Source: Candidatus Caldarchaeum sp. (GTDB taxonomy: Archaea; Thermoproteota; Nitrososphaeria_A; Caldarchaeales; Caldarchaeaceae). From it: a stretch of 64,000 bases of DNA. The stretch spans positions 256,001 to 320,000 of the forward strand of contig JAVZZH010000001.1 in the NCBI GenBank assembly GCA_038885755.1. Direction: 5' to 3'. Numbering within the stretch: the first letter of the stretch is position 1; each line of letters begins with the position of its first letter. Positions 19,660 to 30,076 of this stretch are shown one piece after another. The position numbers and the translations under genes are program-made. The notes under the pieces were generated by a model. That model was not told the DNA's origin. It searched no databases and was given only the letters and a program-made list of their open reading frames with translations.

Positions 19660-19782
19660 TCCCGCGGGCAGGATTTGAACCTGCGACCACCCGGTCTCCA
19701 TGTAGCCTGGTTGGCTGTTTTTCGGCGCAGCCTTCGGCTGACCGCTACAGCCGGGCGCTCTACCAGGCTGAGCTACCGCGGG
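19660..19782 (-). tRNA. tRNA-Tyr (GTA) with 49-nt intron at position 37/38 (intron 19696-19744)
   Basis: Acceptor CCCGCGG/CCGCGGG with the archaeal Tyr C1-G72 pair. Anticodon arm CCCGG-CT-GTA-G^A-CCGGG after intron removal; T-loop GGTTCAAATCC. Confidence 0.93.
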
Positions 19783-19787
19783 CTTGC

Positions 19788-20351
19788 TCAGCTTGTCTGG
19801 GTTTTTGGGATGTTTTTTAGTTTTTCGAGGGTTTGGAGTCGTTTGGCTAATACGATGGCGTTTACCGCTAGGAGCGTTATGGCTGCTCCGGTAAGGTAGG
19901 GGCTGAGGGCTGTGATGAGGCCTACTCCGAAGAGAGCTAGCGATGCGGGCCAGCCGCAGCATACGTATCCGAAGCTTATGACGCTGGCGAGGAGGCCGCT
20001 GACTCCGCTCCAAGCGGTTCCCAACAGGCATGTCCTCAGCAGTCTTCTTCGGAAAAGCACGTAAACCAATCCCGCGTTGTAGCCGACGAGGCTCGAGACA
20101 ACGACGCCGAGCAAAGCCGGGTAGACACGAATGTTCAACAAAAACCCCTCCGCAACCACTTGAACCAGCGGCCCTGTGTAGAGCTGCGTCTCGACGAACG
20201 TCGTCATGACTGCGACCGTAGATATTCCAAGGGGGGGCAGGCTGTTAACCTGCACGGCTCCGGTGAAAAACAGGTAGAAGATGTAGTAGGCTGTCGCTGC
20301 TGCAGCCGACGAGTAGGCCTTCTGCCTGTCTAACCCTTCGAGAGGAGCCAT
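19788..20351 (-). CDS. Membrane protein with vicinal Cys (YVCCGWP)
   Basis: About four to five hydrophobic helices; overlaps the end of the SCO gene on the same strand. Confidence 0.65.
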   Translation of the reverse strand: MAPLEGLDRQKAYSSAAAATAYYIFYLFFTGAVQVNSLPPLGISTVAVMTTFVETQLYTGPLVQVVAEGFLLNIRVYPALLGVVVSSLVGYNAGLVYVLFRRRLLRTCLLGTAWSGVSGLLASVISFGYVCCGWPASLALFGVGLITALSPYLTGAAITLLAVNAIVLAKRLQTLEKLKNIPKTQTS

Positions 20352-20941
20352 TCCACTCCCTTAACGTATTCTTCAAACGATGCATCGGCAGTGAACGCGG
20401 TTCTCAAGACATGGTTTCTGTCGGCTGCGAGCACGAGGGCGTAATGGACGACGATATAGTTTCCATTCTCGTCTGGAGGATGTTTCACAGCGTATATGTT
20501 GTACAGGGTCATCACGGCTTTAACCTCCTCGGGGGTGCCTGTCAGGCCCACTATCTTCGGCGAGTAGTACGAGAGATATTTCTTCAAAACCTCGGGAGTG
20601 TCCCTCTCAGGGTCAACCGAGACGAAGACCATCACTACTTGGTCGGCTTTGCTGCCGAGAGCTTGGTAAAGCTTGGCGTACTTGCTCAGGACAAGAGGGC
20701 AGACGTCTGGGCAGTGGGTGTATCCGAAGAAGAGGAGAACGGCCTTCCCCTTGACGCTTGAAATGCTGAACTTGTTACCGTTCTGGTCCGTGAGGCTGAA
20801 GTCTGGGAGCTTCTGCCCCGAGACTATCTCTATAGCGGGCTTGTATTCGGCGAACAGCTGGCGGCTGACCATGGCCGCCGCAGCGCCTCCAACCATCGCA
20901 GCTAAACCAACCGCCAAAAACAGGAGAAGCCTTCTCCTCAT
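20330..20941 (-). CDS. SCO1/SenC-family copper chaperone
   Basis: N-terminal anchor, FGYTHCPDVCP, VSVDPERDTP and conserved His (YIVVH). Confidence 0.92.
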   Translation of the reverse strand: MRRRLLLFLAVGLAAMVGGAAAAMVSRQLFAEYKPAIEIVSGQKLPDFSLTDQNGNKFSISSVKGKAVLLFFGYTHCPDVCPLVLSKYAKLYQALGSKADQVVMVFVSVDPERDTPEVLKKYLSYYSPKIVGLTGTPEEVKAVMTLYNIYAVKHPPDENGNYIVVHYALVLAADRNHVLRTAFTADASFEEYVKGVEWLLSKG

Positions 20942-21023
20942 CTGTCGATTCTTACGGGCCCCATGCTATAAACATATCCCAACTAGCTGAGGATAAATGC
21001 CGGCTATGTAGATCTATTCAGAG

Positions 21024-23576
21024 ATGTCAAACTTACCGCTTAAGGTGGTGAAGCGGGACGGCCGTGTTGTAGACTTTGACACGGCTCGTATACGTGAGGC
21101 TGTCAGGAAGGCGATGGCTTCGAGAGGGGTTTTCGACAGCCAGCTTCTCAACCTCGTCGTCGACTCGGTGCTGCGGAGGCTGTGTGAGAAGTACGGGGTT
21201 GAGAAGATTCCGCACGTGGAGGAGATTCAGGACGTCGTGGAGTACAGCCTGATGGACCACGGGCTGAAGGAGGTAGCGAAGGCCTACATCCTCTACCGTC
21301 ATGAGAGAACCAGAGTGCGGGAGGAGAAGATGAGAGTTCTCGAGACCACTTATGTTGACGAGGTTGATAAACGGTTCTCGGTCAACGCTCTGAGGCTGAT
21401 GGCTTCGAGATACCTGCTGAGAGACAAGCAGGGCCGTCTCGTGGAAAGGCCTAAGCAAATGTTTCAGAGGACGGCTGCGCTGGTTGTTCTCGCCGACATA
21501 GTCTACGACCCCATGTTTTATGACTCTTCCGGCTCCCAGCCGTGTTGGGGGGATGACGACATCTCCATCGAACATTACGCAGATGTTTTAGGCTTGGGGC
21601 CGGCGGGGGGTGAGCTGGAGGTCCGGTGGAACGTCCACCACATCGAGAGGCTTGCCGCTCTCTACCGCAGGCTTGACGAGCAGGGCATGATGAAAAAACC
21701 CTTGAAAGAAATCCTGAGCTTTTTGCAGAGCAACCACGACAAATTCTACAGCACTTACAGGCAGTACTACGAAGCCATGGTTGAGAAGAAGTTCTTGCCC
21801 AACAGCCCAACTCTGTTCAACGCCGGAACGGTTCTGGGTCAGCTGAGCGCGTGCTTCGTTCTAGACGTCGATGACGACATAACATCTATCATGCGGACGG
21901 CTGAGACCGCTGCCTTAATCTTCAAGACGGGCGGAGGAGTCGGCGTCAACTATTCGAAGCTGAGGCCAGAGGGGGATCTTGTAGCGTCGACGGGCGGCGT
22001 GGCTTCGGGCCCTGTCTCGTTCATGCGTATCATCGACACGGTCACGGATGTCGTCAAGCAGGGTGGAAGAAGAAGGGGTGCGAACATCGGCATCCTCAAC
22101 ATTAACCATCCAGACGTCGAGAAGTTCATAACAGCCAAGCAGAGGCCGGGTTTCCTGGAGAACTTCAACATCTCCGTCATGGTGCTGAAAGATTTCTGGG
22201 ACCATTATCGAGATAACAGGCCCTACCCGCTCGTCAACCCGAGGGACGGCTCGGTCTGGAGGCTCGTAGACCCGCGAAAGCTTCTACGCCTCATAGCTGA
22301 GAACGCCTGGAGGACAGCCGACCCCGGGATACTCTACCACGACAACATCAACGCGCTCAATCCTCTTCTCGAGCTGTACGGCGAGATTAACTGCGTCAAC
22401 CCTTGCGGAGAACAGCCCCTCTACCCCAACGAGTCCTGCAACCTCGGGTCTATCAACCTGCATGCCTTCGTAAACAAAGGCCGCATAGACTGGGATGAGC
22501 TGGGAAGGGTGGTCAAGCTGGCTGTTAGGTTTCTGGACAACGTGGTTGATTTGACGAAGCACCCCACAGCCGCCGTCGAGAAGATGACGCTGAGGACACG
22601 GCGGATTGGGCTGGGGATAATGGGGCTGGCGGACATGCTGTACGAGATGGAGGTTCCCTACAACAGCGAGGAAGGTTTTGAGACGATGGGGAGGGTGATG
22701 GAGTTCATAGCCCATAAAGCCGTCGAGGCATCGGCCGAACTCGCTGAAGAGAGGGGAAGCTTCCCAGACTTCCACAGGTCTTCATGGGCCCGAGGCATGC
22801 TGCCGTTCAAAGGCCTCTACACACCCGGCAAGGCCAGGCTTGACTGGAGCTCTTTGAAGAACAGAGCGATGAAGGGCATGCGGAACAGCCATCTCCTCAC
22901 CGTCGCGCCGACCGGAAGCATATCGATGCTCGCCGACGTCTCCTCGGGTCTCGAGCCGCAGTATGCGCTGGTCTACCGGAAGCAGGTTTCAGCAGGAACC
23001 TTCTACTACGTCGACCAAGCCTTCGACAGATACGTTTCGGAGAAAGGCCTTCCGAGGGAGGAGGTGTTGAAGAAGGTGGCTGACAACGGCGGGTCGGCTC
23101 AGGGGCTTGCCGAGATACCGCCCCAAGCTCAGCGTGTGTTTGTTACGGCGCTCGACATACCGTGGTGGGACCATTTAAGGGCCCAGCACGAGGTCCAGTC
23201 GTGGGTTGACGCCTCGGTGAGCAAGACCATCAACATGCCTTCATGGGTTGCTGTCGAAGATGTTTTGAATGCTTTCGTCGCGGCTCACGGTCTTGGGCTG
23301 AAGGGGTTGACGGTTTACAGGGACGGCTCGAAGTCTTCACAGGTCCTGACCACCCCGACTCAGAGACACGGGGCCTACGCCGGCAGGACGGAGAACAAAA
23401 CTCTGGAATTGTTGAAGAGTCTCGGGATAGATGTTGTCGCAAAACCGTCTGAAGCCCTTCCTCCCCCGCCGCTCATCCACACATTCTGCCCGGTCTGCGG
23501 AGGCAGGAACATGGTCTTCCAAGAGGGGTGCGAACGTTGTTTGGACTGCAGCTGGTCCAGCTGCGTAGTAGCGTAA
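21024..23576 (+). CDS. nrdJ: Class II (adenosylcobalamin-dependent) ribonucleotide reductase with ATP-cone
   Basis: VVKRDG ATP-cone, FLPNSPTLFNAG, LSACFV, NPCGE, CNLGS, APTGSIS, SKTIN and C-terminal CPVC...CLDC. No intein. Confidence 0.93.
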   Translation: MSNLPLKVVKRDGRVVDFDTARIREAVRKAMASRGVFDSQLLNLVVDSVLRRLCEKYGVEKIPHVEEIQDVVEYSLMDHGLKEVAKAYILYRHERTRVREEKMRVLETTYVDEVDKRFSVNALRLMASRYLLRDKQGRLVERPKQMFQRTAALVVLADIVYDPMFYDSSGSQPCWGDDDISIEHYADVLGLGPAGGELEVRWNVHHIERLAALYRRLDEQGMMKKPLKEILSFLQSNHDKFYSTYRQYYEAMVEKKFLPNSPTLFNAGTVLGQLSACFVLDVDDDITSIMRTAETAALIFKTGGGVGVNYSKLRPEGDLVASTGGVASGPVSFMRIIDTVTDVVKQGGRRRGANIGILNINHPDVEKFITAKQRPGFLENFNISVMVLKDFWDHYRDNRPYPLVNPRDGSVWRLVDPRKLLRLIAENAWRTADPGILYHDNINALNPLLELYGEINCVNPCGEQPLYPNESCNLGSINLHAFVNKGRIDWDELGRVVKLAVRFLDNVVDLTKHPTAAVEKMTLRTRRIGLGIMGLADMLYEMEVPYNSEEGFETMGRVMEFIAHKAVEASAELAEERGSFPDFHRSSWARGMLPFKGLYTPGKARLDWSSLKNRAMKGMRNSHLLTVAPTGSISMLADVSSGLEPQYALVYRKQVSAGTFYYVDQAFDRYVSEKGLPREEVLKKVADNGGSAQGLAEIPPQAQRVFVTALDIPWWDHLRAQHEVQSWVDASVSKTINMPSWVAVEDVLNAFVAAHGLGLKGLTVYRDGSKSSQVLTTPTQRHGAYAGRTENKTLELLKSLGIDVVAKPSEALPPPPLIHTFCPVCGGRNMVFQEGCERCLDCSWSSCVVA

Positions 23577-23607
23577 AGGCTAAAAACGACGTCGAGCTGC
23601 TGGATGC

Positions 23608-24048
23608 ATGTCTGCGGTTGTAAGCAAGGCTAAAGCTGTTTGGAGAGGAGATCTTTTCCACGGCGAGGGAGAGGTGAGCTTTGACAGCGGAGCATTTCCA
23701 ACGCGTCAGGTGACGTGGGCAGCGAGGTCTTCGAAGGTGGCGGGGATGACCAGCCCCGAAGAGCTCCTAGCGGCTGCGCATGCAAGCTGCTTCGCCATGG
23801 CTCTGTCAAACATCCTAGCGAAGGAAGGTAAGCCAGCCTCACATCTCGAGGTATCGGCTGAGGCTTACTTCGCCAAGACCGATGAGGGCTTCAGGGTGAC
23901 GCAGGTGAACATCAACGTCGTCGGCAACGTTCCGGGAATGGACAAGGAAGCGTTTGAGAAGGCAGCATCCGCAGCCGGCGAGGGATGCCCTATATCCAAG
24001 GCCTTGAAGGGAAACGTTAAGATAAACGTCTCAGCAAAACTAGCGTGA
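23608..24048 (+). CDS. osmC: OsmC-family peroxiredoxin
   Basis: PEELLAAAHASCF and CPISKAL motifs. Confidence 0.9.
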   Translation: MSAVVSKAKAVWRGDLFHGEGEVSFDSGAFPTRQVTWAARSSKVAGMTSPEELLAAAHASCFAMALSNILAKEGKPASHLEVSAEAYFAKTDEGFRVTQVNINVVGNVPGMDKEAFEKAASAAGEGCPISKALKGNVKINVSAKLA

Positions 24049-24530
24049 ACAAACAACTAGCCGCAGCGCTGGTACTCGCCGCAGCCCTTCTCTCAATCTT
24101 TCTACTCCTCACCGCTCCGGAAAAGGCTGAAAACTCATACAGCGTCTCGAAGTCTCAGGATCTCCCTCCCCACGTCCTCGTCGACGGAGTGAAGGTTTTC
24201 GTCGAGCTAGCTGACACAGCTGAAAAACGTGCACAGGGACTGTCGGATAGGGACCGTCTTGAGGAGGGCTGGGGGATGCTTTTTGTCTTCGAGCAGCCGG
24301 GGATCTATTCTTTCTGGATGTACAGGATGCGTTTCCCGCTCGACATCATCTGGGTCGACGCTGAGGGCAGGGTTGTCTACGTGGTTGAGAAGGCCCCGCC
24401 CTGCCAAGCCAACGAGCCTTGCCAGTCCTATACTCCTCCCGCCGAGGCTCTGTATGTTTTGGAGGTTAGGGCGGGTTTTGTCGAGGAGAACAGGATAGGG
24501 GTTGGGAGCAGTGTTGTGGTCGTCCGTTAG
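24045..24530 (+). CDS. DUF192-family exported protein
   Basis: N-terminal TM segment; VELAD...[20 protein letters not shown] and YVLEV motifs. Confidence 0.88.
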   Translation: MNKQLAAALVLAAALLSIFLLLTAPEKAENSYSVSKSQDLPPHVLVDGVKVFVELADTAEKRAQGLSDRDRLEEGWGMLFVFEQPGIYSFWMYRMRFPLDIIWVDAEGRVVYVVEKAPPCQANEPCQSYTPPAEALYVLEVRAGFVEENRIGVGSSVVVVR

Positions 24531-25927
24531 CCTACCGAGCCAGACATCTCGAGCTCGATCAGCCTGTTGAACTCGACTGCATACTCCATTGGGAGAGTTT
24601 TGGTGAAGGGCTCCAGAAAGCCTAGCACGATCATGTTGAGGGCTTCCTGCTCCGAAAGCCCTCGGCTCATAAGGTAGAACAGCTGCTCCTCACCGATCTT
24701 GCCGACCGTAGCTTCGTGAGTTGCCGTCGTGTCCTCCTCGTTTATGTCGTTGTAGGGGTATGTGTCTGTCCTCGAGGCGTCGTCGAGGATTAGGGCGTCG
24801 CATCTCACGCTGGACTTGACTCTTTTAGCGCCACGAGCAACGTGAAGCAGGCCCCGGTAGGAGGTTCTCCCGCCGTCCTTGCAGACGGACTTCGCTGTGA
24901 TTCTCGAGGTTGTGTCGGGAGCTAGGTGAACCGCCTTTGCTCCCGTGTCCTGATGCTGGCCCCTGCCTGCGAAAGCCACCGACAGTATGTCGGCTTTCGC
25001 CCCGCGGCCGAGAAGGTAGACGCTGGGATACTTCATCGTCACCCTGCTTCCTATGTTGGCGTCCACCCATTCGACCGTCGCCTCCTCGTAGGCGTGAGCC
25101 CTCTTGGTGACGAGGTTGTAAACATCGCTGCTCCAGTTCTGAAGCGTTGTGTACCTTACGTATGCGCCTTTCTTGGCAACGATCTCGACGACTGCGGTGT
25201 GAAGCGATGAGGTTGAGTATATGGGTGCGGTGCATCCCTCTATGTAGTGAACTCTGCTGTGGGGCTCGGCTATGATGAGGGTTCTCTCGAACTGGCCGAC
25301 GTTGGCCGCGTTTATTCTGAAGTAGGCTTGGAGTGGGTATTGGATTTCGACGCCTTCGGGGACGTAGATGAAGCTGCCGCCGCTGAAGACGGCGCTGTTG
25401 AGGGCGGCGAATTTGTTGTCCTCCGGCGGAACCACTTTACCGAAATAGGGTTTGAAGATGTCTGAATATTCTCTGAAAGCTGTGTCGGGGTCTACGAAGA
25501 TTACGCCTTTCTTCTGAAGATCTTTCTGAAGGTTGTGGTAGACGACTTCGCTCTCGTACTGGGCCCCAACTCCAGCGAGGAACTTTCTCTCCGCCTCGGG
25601 TATTCCAAGCCTGTCGAACGTCTTCTTGATGTATTCCGGGACGTCGTCCCAGCTCGAGGCCTTCCTGTCGCTCGGCTTGATGTAGTAGTGTATCCTGTCG
25701 AAGTCCACGGACTTCAGGTCGGCGCCCCACATGGGCATCGGCTTCTTGAGGAAAATGTCCAGAGACTTTAGCCTGAACCGTCTCAGCCACTCCGGCTCGT
25801 CCTTCATCCGGGATATCTCGTTCACGACCTCCTCTGAGAGGCCTGGCCGGGACTTGAAGACATACAGCTCGGGGTCTTTAAAGTCGTACTTGCTGTAGTC
25901 TATTTCTAGGGTTTGTTTTTCAGTCAT
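24527..25927 (-). CDS. sufB: Fe-S cluster assembly protein SufB
   Basis: [35 protein letters not shown] and YLMSRGL motifs. Confidence 0.95.
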   Translation of the reverse strand: MTEKQTLEIDYSKYDFKDPELYVFKSRPGLSEEVVNEISRMKDEPEWLRRFRLKSLDIFLKKPMPMWGADLKSVDFDRIHYYIKPSDRKASSWDDVPEYIKKTFDRLGIPEAERKFLAGVGAQYESEVVYHNLQKDLQKKGVIFVDPDTAFREYSDIFKPYFGKVVPPEDNKFAALNSAVFSGGSFIYVPEGVEIQYPLQAYFRINAANVGQFERTLIIAEPHSRVHYIEGCTAPIYSTSSLHTAVVEIVAKKGAYVRYTTLQNWSSDVYNLVTKRAHAYEEATVEWVDANIGSRVTMKYPSVYLLGRGAKADILSVAFAGRGQHQDTGAKAVHLAPDTTSRITAKSVCKDGGRTSYRGLLHVARGAKRVKSSVRCDALILDDASRTDTYPYNDINEEDTTATHEATVGKIGEEQLFYLMSRGLSEQEALNMIVLGFLEPFTKTLPMEYAVEFNRLIELEMSGSVG

Positions 25928-25977
25928 TCGGCTATAACGGCGTTATGCCCACTATTATATCTTACACAGCAACAACC

Positions 25978-28239
25978 CTAGCGAAGCTTCTCAGGCTTGA
26001 TCGGAAGAGACTTCACCCTTTTTCCCAGCGCGTCGTAAACAGCGTTGGCGAGCGCCGCAGCCGTAGGTATGCATCCCGTCTCGCCGATGCCCTTCGCCCC
26101 GTAGGGCCCGGCAGGGTCCGGATTCTCGACGAACACGACCTTAATCGGAGGGGTTTCGAGAGACGTGGGCAGCAGGTAGTCCGCGAGCGAGGCGTTGACT
26201 ACACGGCCGTTGTCCAGAACCATCTCCTCGTACAAGGCGTAGCCAAGCCCCATCGCAACACCTCCATGAACCTGTCCCTCCGCAGCCATAGGGTTCAGGA
26301 TGCGGCCCGAGTCATGGACCGAAACAATCTTCAGAACCTTGAGAGCTCCCGTCTCAGGGTCTACTTCGACAAGCGCCGCCTGAACTCCGAAAGAGTAGGC
26401 CGCCGAAAGGTTGCCCATCCATCTCTCGTCCTGCATCTCCGTCGGCGGGTCGTAGTAAGCTGAAAAGACAAGGTTGCTCCCCCCCTGCCTGAAGTGAATT
26501 CTCCGAACGACCTTTTCCAGCTCAATCCTCTTCGAAGGAGACTGCCGGGAATATATCACGCCGTCCTCGACGACGAGCTCCGACGGCTGCGTGTTCAAAG
26601 CCTCCGCCGCCGCACGCAGTATAGCCTCTTTCGCCTTCCTAGCTGCCAGCAAAGCAGAGTTTCCCGCGACGAAGGTGGCTCTGCTTGCGTGCGTGCCTAC
26701 GTCCCATGGGCGGATGGATGCGTCGTCGTTCACTACGCGAACGTTCTGCACCTGAACGCCAAGCTCCTCCGCAACGATCTGAGCTATCGCTGTGTCCGAC
26801 CCCGTGCCTAAGTCAGTCGAACCCGTGATGACTGTGACGACGCCGAAGTCGTCGATGGAGAGAACCGTGCCGCAGCCGTCTGAACGGTAGACCCTAGCCC
26901 CTCCACCGACGTGGAAGAATGACGCAAACCCTATGCCCCTGTTCGGTCCAGCCATTCCTCTCCCCCTCCAGCCCACCTCCTCAGCGGCCCTGCGGAGACA
27001 TTCTCTCAGCTCGCAGGTCGTGATCTTCATGCCCTGCGGCGTTGTTGTGTAAGGCTTGTTCGCGTTCAGCATACGGAACTCGACGGGGTCCATGCCGAGC
27101 TCCTCAGCCAGCATGTCCATCTGCTGCTCTATTGCGAAGGTTATCTGAGGGTTTCCAGCGCCTCTCTGAGTGCCTGTGTAGGGGTTGTTTGTGTAGACGA
27201 CGGTAGCCTCGAACCTCACCTCGGCGACGTCGTACAGCCCGGTGGCGGTCGCCATCATCACTCTTCCGTCGAACGGCCCCCAAGAAACGTAGGCCCCTGC
27301 GTCTAGAATCACGCGAGCATCCCTGGCCAACAGCCTACCATCTCTGTCAGCCGCGGTCCTCATCATGATGATGGCGGGCTGGCGTGGCGGAGCGTACTGG
27401 AGCTCCTCCTCCCTCGTGAACACTATCTTCACGGGCCTCCTCGTCTTGATCGAGAGGGCGGCGGTTATCGGGTCGAGAGGGTAGATGTCCATCCCCCGGC
27501 CGAAGGCCCCGCCTATCTCAGGCTGCACCACCCTTATCTTGGCCGGGTTGAAGCCCAGCGTTTTAGCCAGCTCGTGGCGGTAAAGGAAAGGGGCTTGAGT
27601 GTTGGTGTAGACCGTGAGCTCTCCCACCGCGTTGTAGTGAGCTATGCAGCCCATGGTCCCCAGCGGCGAGGCGTTCATGTACTGGACTTGGTACCTGTCC
27701 TCAACCGTTGCAGCGGCTTTCGTGAAAATCTCTGAGAAGCGTCTGTCGTCGGATGTGGTGAACCTGAAGCCCAAGTCAACCACGTTGCTTCCCGCCTCCT
27801 CGTGTACGAGCGGGGCTCCGGGCTTGGACGCCTCCTCCGGGTCGAACACACCCTCCAGAGGCTCGTACTCGACTTCAATCTCTTCCAGCGCCCTTTCAGC
27901 CTCCTCGACGGTCTCCGCAGCAACTGCAGCAACCTCGTCACGTACAGACCTCACCTTGCCGGTCTTGAGAGGCGGATGGTCTTTCAACACCCCCATGTTG
28001 TTGAACCGAAAATCAAAGCCCGTGATCACAGCTCTTACTCCCGGAATCCTCCAAGCCCGCTCCGTGTTTATTCTCAGGATCCTAGCGTGCGGGTAGCGGC
28101 TCCTCAGTATCTTGCCGTGAAGCATGTTCGGGAGCTCCAAGTCGTCTATGTATTTTGAACTTCCCGACACCTTGAGCCCGCCGTCTATCTTCGGCACAGA
28201 CCTACCTATCACGCGGTATCTTTCGGCGTAGGACAGCAC
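25978..28239 (-). CDS. Xanthine dehydrogenase-family molybdopterin-binding (large) subunit
   Basis: GGAFG, RGAGNPQ, THASR, GQVHGG and GAKGIGE motifs. Confidence 0.9.
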   Translation of the reverse strand: MLSYAERYRVIGRSVPKIDGGLKVSGSSKYIDDLELPNMLHGKILRSRYPHARILRINTERAWRIPGVRAVITGFDFRFNNMGVLKDHPPLKTGKVRSVRDEVAAVAAETVEEAERALEEIEVEYEPLEGVFDPEEASKPGAPLVHEEAGSNVVDLGFRFTTSDDRRFSEIFTKAAATVEDRYQVQYMNASPLGTMGCIAHYNAVGELTVYTNTQAPFLYRHELAKTLGFNPAKIRVVQPEIGGAFGRGMDIYPLDPITAALSIKTRRPVKIVFTREEELQYAPPRQPAIIMMRTAADRDGRLLARDARVILDAGAYVSWGPFDGRVMMATATGLYDVAEVRFEATVVYTNNPYTGTQRGAGNPQITFAIEQQMDMLAEELGMDPVEFRMLNANKPYTTTPQGMKITTCELRECLRRAAEEVGWRGRGMAGPNRGIGFASFFHVGGGARVYRSDGCGTVLSIDDFGVVTVITGSTDLGTGSDTAIAQIVAEELGVQVQNVRVVNDDASIRPWDVGTHASRATFVAGNSALLAARKAKEAILRAAAEALNTQPSELVVEDGVIYSRQSPSKRIELEKVVRRIHFRQGGSNLVFSAYYDPPTEMQDERWMGNLSAAYSFGVQAALVEVDPETGALKVLKIVSVHDSGRILNPMAAEGQVHGGVAMGLGYALYEEMVLDNGRVVNASLADYLLPTSLETPPIKVVFVENPDPAGPYGAKGIGETGCIPTAAALANAVYDALGKRVKSLPIKPEKLR

Positions 28240-28470
28240 GTCGTCTGAAGTGTTTTCTCAGGTTTAAACCTTGCCGAAGCCCGGATTCGGCGAAAGCGCC
28301 GACAAAATCGGCAGAGCCACTAGCACGGCTGAAGACCTGCCTACGGCGTTATTCACAGTCCTCGCTTGTCGGTCTTCGGTATTTATGTTTTTGAAAGCCG
28401 CTATGTTCAACCAATAGACTTAAGACTTGGTGGGTGTTTACTCGATCGAGGTCGCGTTGCCTTGTTGTTG

Positions 28471-29607
28471 ATGATTCCAGGCCCAACCGAGGTCGACGAA
28501 AGAGTTATTCGCGCCATGGCTCGCCAGATGATAGACCACCGCTCTGAGGATTTCAGGGTATTGATGAGAAGCATCGTCGAGAATCTGAAGAAAATCCTCG
28601 AAACGAAGTCGGACGTGTTTGTGCTTACTTCTTCAGGCACGGGAGCCGTCGAGGCTGCTGCCTCAAACCTAACGTTTCCCGGGGATAAGGTTCTTGTCCC
28701 TACGGCTGGGCTTTTCGCCGAGAGGATGGCCGAGGCCTTCGAGGCGTATGGGGCGAACGTTATAAAAGCAAGGCTCGACAACGGGCAGGGCCCCAACCCG
28801 GAAGCTGTGAAGAAAATGCTCGACGAAAACCCCGGCGTCTCCATCGTTGCATTCCCCTACAACGAGACATCCACCGGGATAATCTCACGTGAAGTCAGGG
28901 AGATCGCGAGAATATGCCACGACAGGAATGCGTTGCTGGCCGTCGACGCAGTAACGGCTGTCGGCGGAGTAAGGGTCGCTGTAGACGAAACCGGAATCGA
29001 CATGTTCGCAGCCGGCACCCAGAAGTGCCTCGCGGCTCCGCCGGGGGTGGCTTTTGTAGCCGTGTCCGAGATGGCGTGGGAGAGGATCAGAAGGAAGAAG
29101 GTCAGGCCTCCTTACTTCGACTTGGTCAAGTACAAGACCTTCCTCGAAAAGTGGGAGACTCCCTTCACCCCGGCGATAACCTTGTTCTGGGCCCTTGACG
29201 AGGCTCTGAAGATAATCCTCGAATACGGCTACGAGAAATGGCTCGCCAGACACGCCGCCGGAGCTGCCGGGCTTTACGCAGGCCTGAGGACTTACGGCCT
29301 CGAGTTCTACGCGGCTAGAGGATTCGAGTCTCCGATCGTCGCCGCCATGCACATACCGCCGGGGTTGACGGACACGGCGATAAGGAGTGTGATGAAGGAA
29401 AAATACGGCGTTTTGATAGCAGGCGGTCTCGGCCCCTACAAGGGCAAGATGATAAGGGTCTCGAACATCGGGCTCATAGGTCGTGATAAGATAGTGAGCA
29501 CAATATACGCGTTGGGGAAGACCCTCAAATCTCTGGGAATGGCCGTCGACGTCGAGAAGGCTGTCGAAAACTCCGAGTCCGAGCTGGACAGGAACTGGCC
29601 CAAGTGA
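28471..29607 (+). CDS. Class V PLP aminotransferase (serine-pyruvate/alanine-glyoxylate type)
   Basis: MIPGPT, SSGTGAVE, NETSTG, VDAV, GTQKCL (PLP Lys) and TPFTP motifs. Start near 28462-28471. Confidence 0.9.
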   Translation: MIPGPTEVDERVIRAMARQMIDHRSEDFRVLMRSIVENLKKILETKSDVFVLTSSGTGAVEAAASNLTFPGDKVLVPTAGLFAERMAEAFEAYGANVIKARLDNGQGPNPEAVKKMLDENPGVSIVAFPYNETSTGIISREVREIARICHDRNALLAVDAVTAVGGVRVAVDETGIDMFAAGTQKCLAAPPGVAFVAVSEMAWERIRRKKVRPPYFDLVKYKTFLEKWETPFTPAITLFWALDEALKIILEYGYEKWLARHAAGAAGLYAGLRTYGLEFYAARGFESPIVAAMHIPPGLTDTAIRSVMKEKYGVLIAGGLGPYKGKMIRVSNIGLIGRDKIVSTIYALGKTLKSLGMAVDVEKAVENSESELDRNWPK

Positions 29608-29608
29608 A

Positions 29609-30076
29609 ATGTTCTTTGAAGATTTTCAGGTAGGGCAGGAGTTCAAGGCTTCCAGCCGGATGATCACGCCGACGGACGTCGAGCTATTCACGTCGCTGAC
29701 GTGGGCGGTCAACCCGCTCTTCCTCGACGACTCCTTCGCAAAGCAGAGGGGTTTTCCGTCTAGAGTCGTCCCCGGAGCTCTAGTGATATCTTTCGTTATC
29801 GGCCTGCTTTACCAGACGACTATCTTCGACCACATAACCGCTTTAACCGGCGTGGAGAAGCTTTACTTCAGGTCTTCAACGCATCCGGGCGACGTCATAA
29901 CAGCCCGTGCTCTAGTTGTTGATAAGAAGGAGACGAGCTCTGCAGACAAAGGATTGGTCAGGTTTTCCGTGGAATGCATCAACCTCTCCAAGAACAAGAA
30001 GGCGTTCGAAGCCGAGATGGTCTTCCTAATGCTTCGTAAACCCTCAAACCAATCGGAAGCCGGCAGACAGCCATGA
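29609..30076 (+). CDS. MaoC/PaaZ-type hot-dog fold dehydratase
   Basis: FFEDFQVG, NPLFLD and PGDVI pattern. Confidence 0.8.
   Translation: MFFEDFQVGQEFKASSRMITPTDVELFTSLTWAVNPLFLDDSFAKQRGFPSRVVPGALVISFVIGLLYQTTIFDHITALTGVEKLYFRSSTHPGDVITARALVVDKKETSSADKGLVRFSVECINLSKNKKAFEAEMVFLMLRKPSNQSEAGRQP

Noticed and set aside
19627-20031. 134-aa minus-strand and 80-aa plus-strand ORFs across tRNA-Tyr
   Set aside because: They overlap a well-formed tRNA gene and a real membrane protein gene and have no protein-like features.
21024-23576. Intein in the ribonucleotide reductase
   Set aside because: Length is normal, catalytic motifs are contiguous and no intein terminal motifs are visible.
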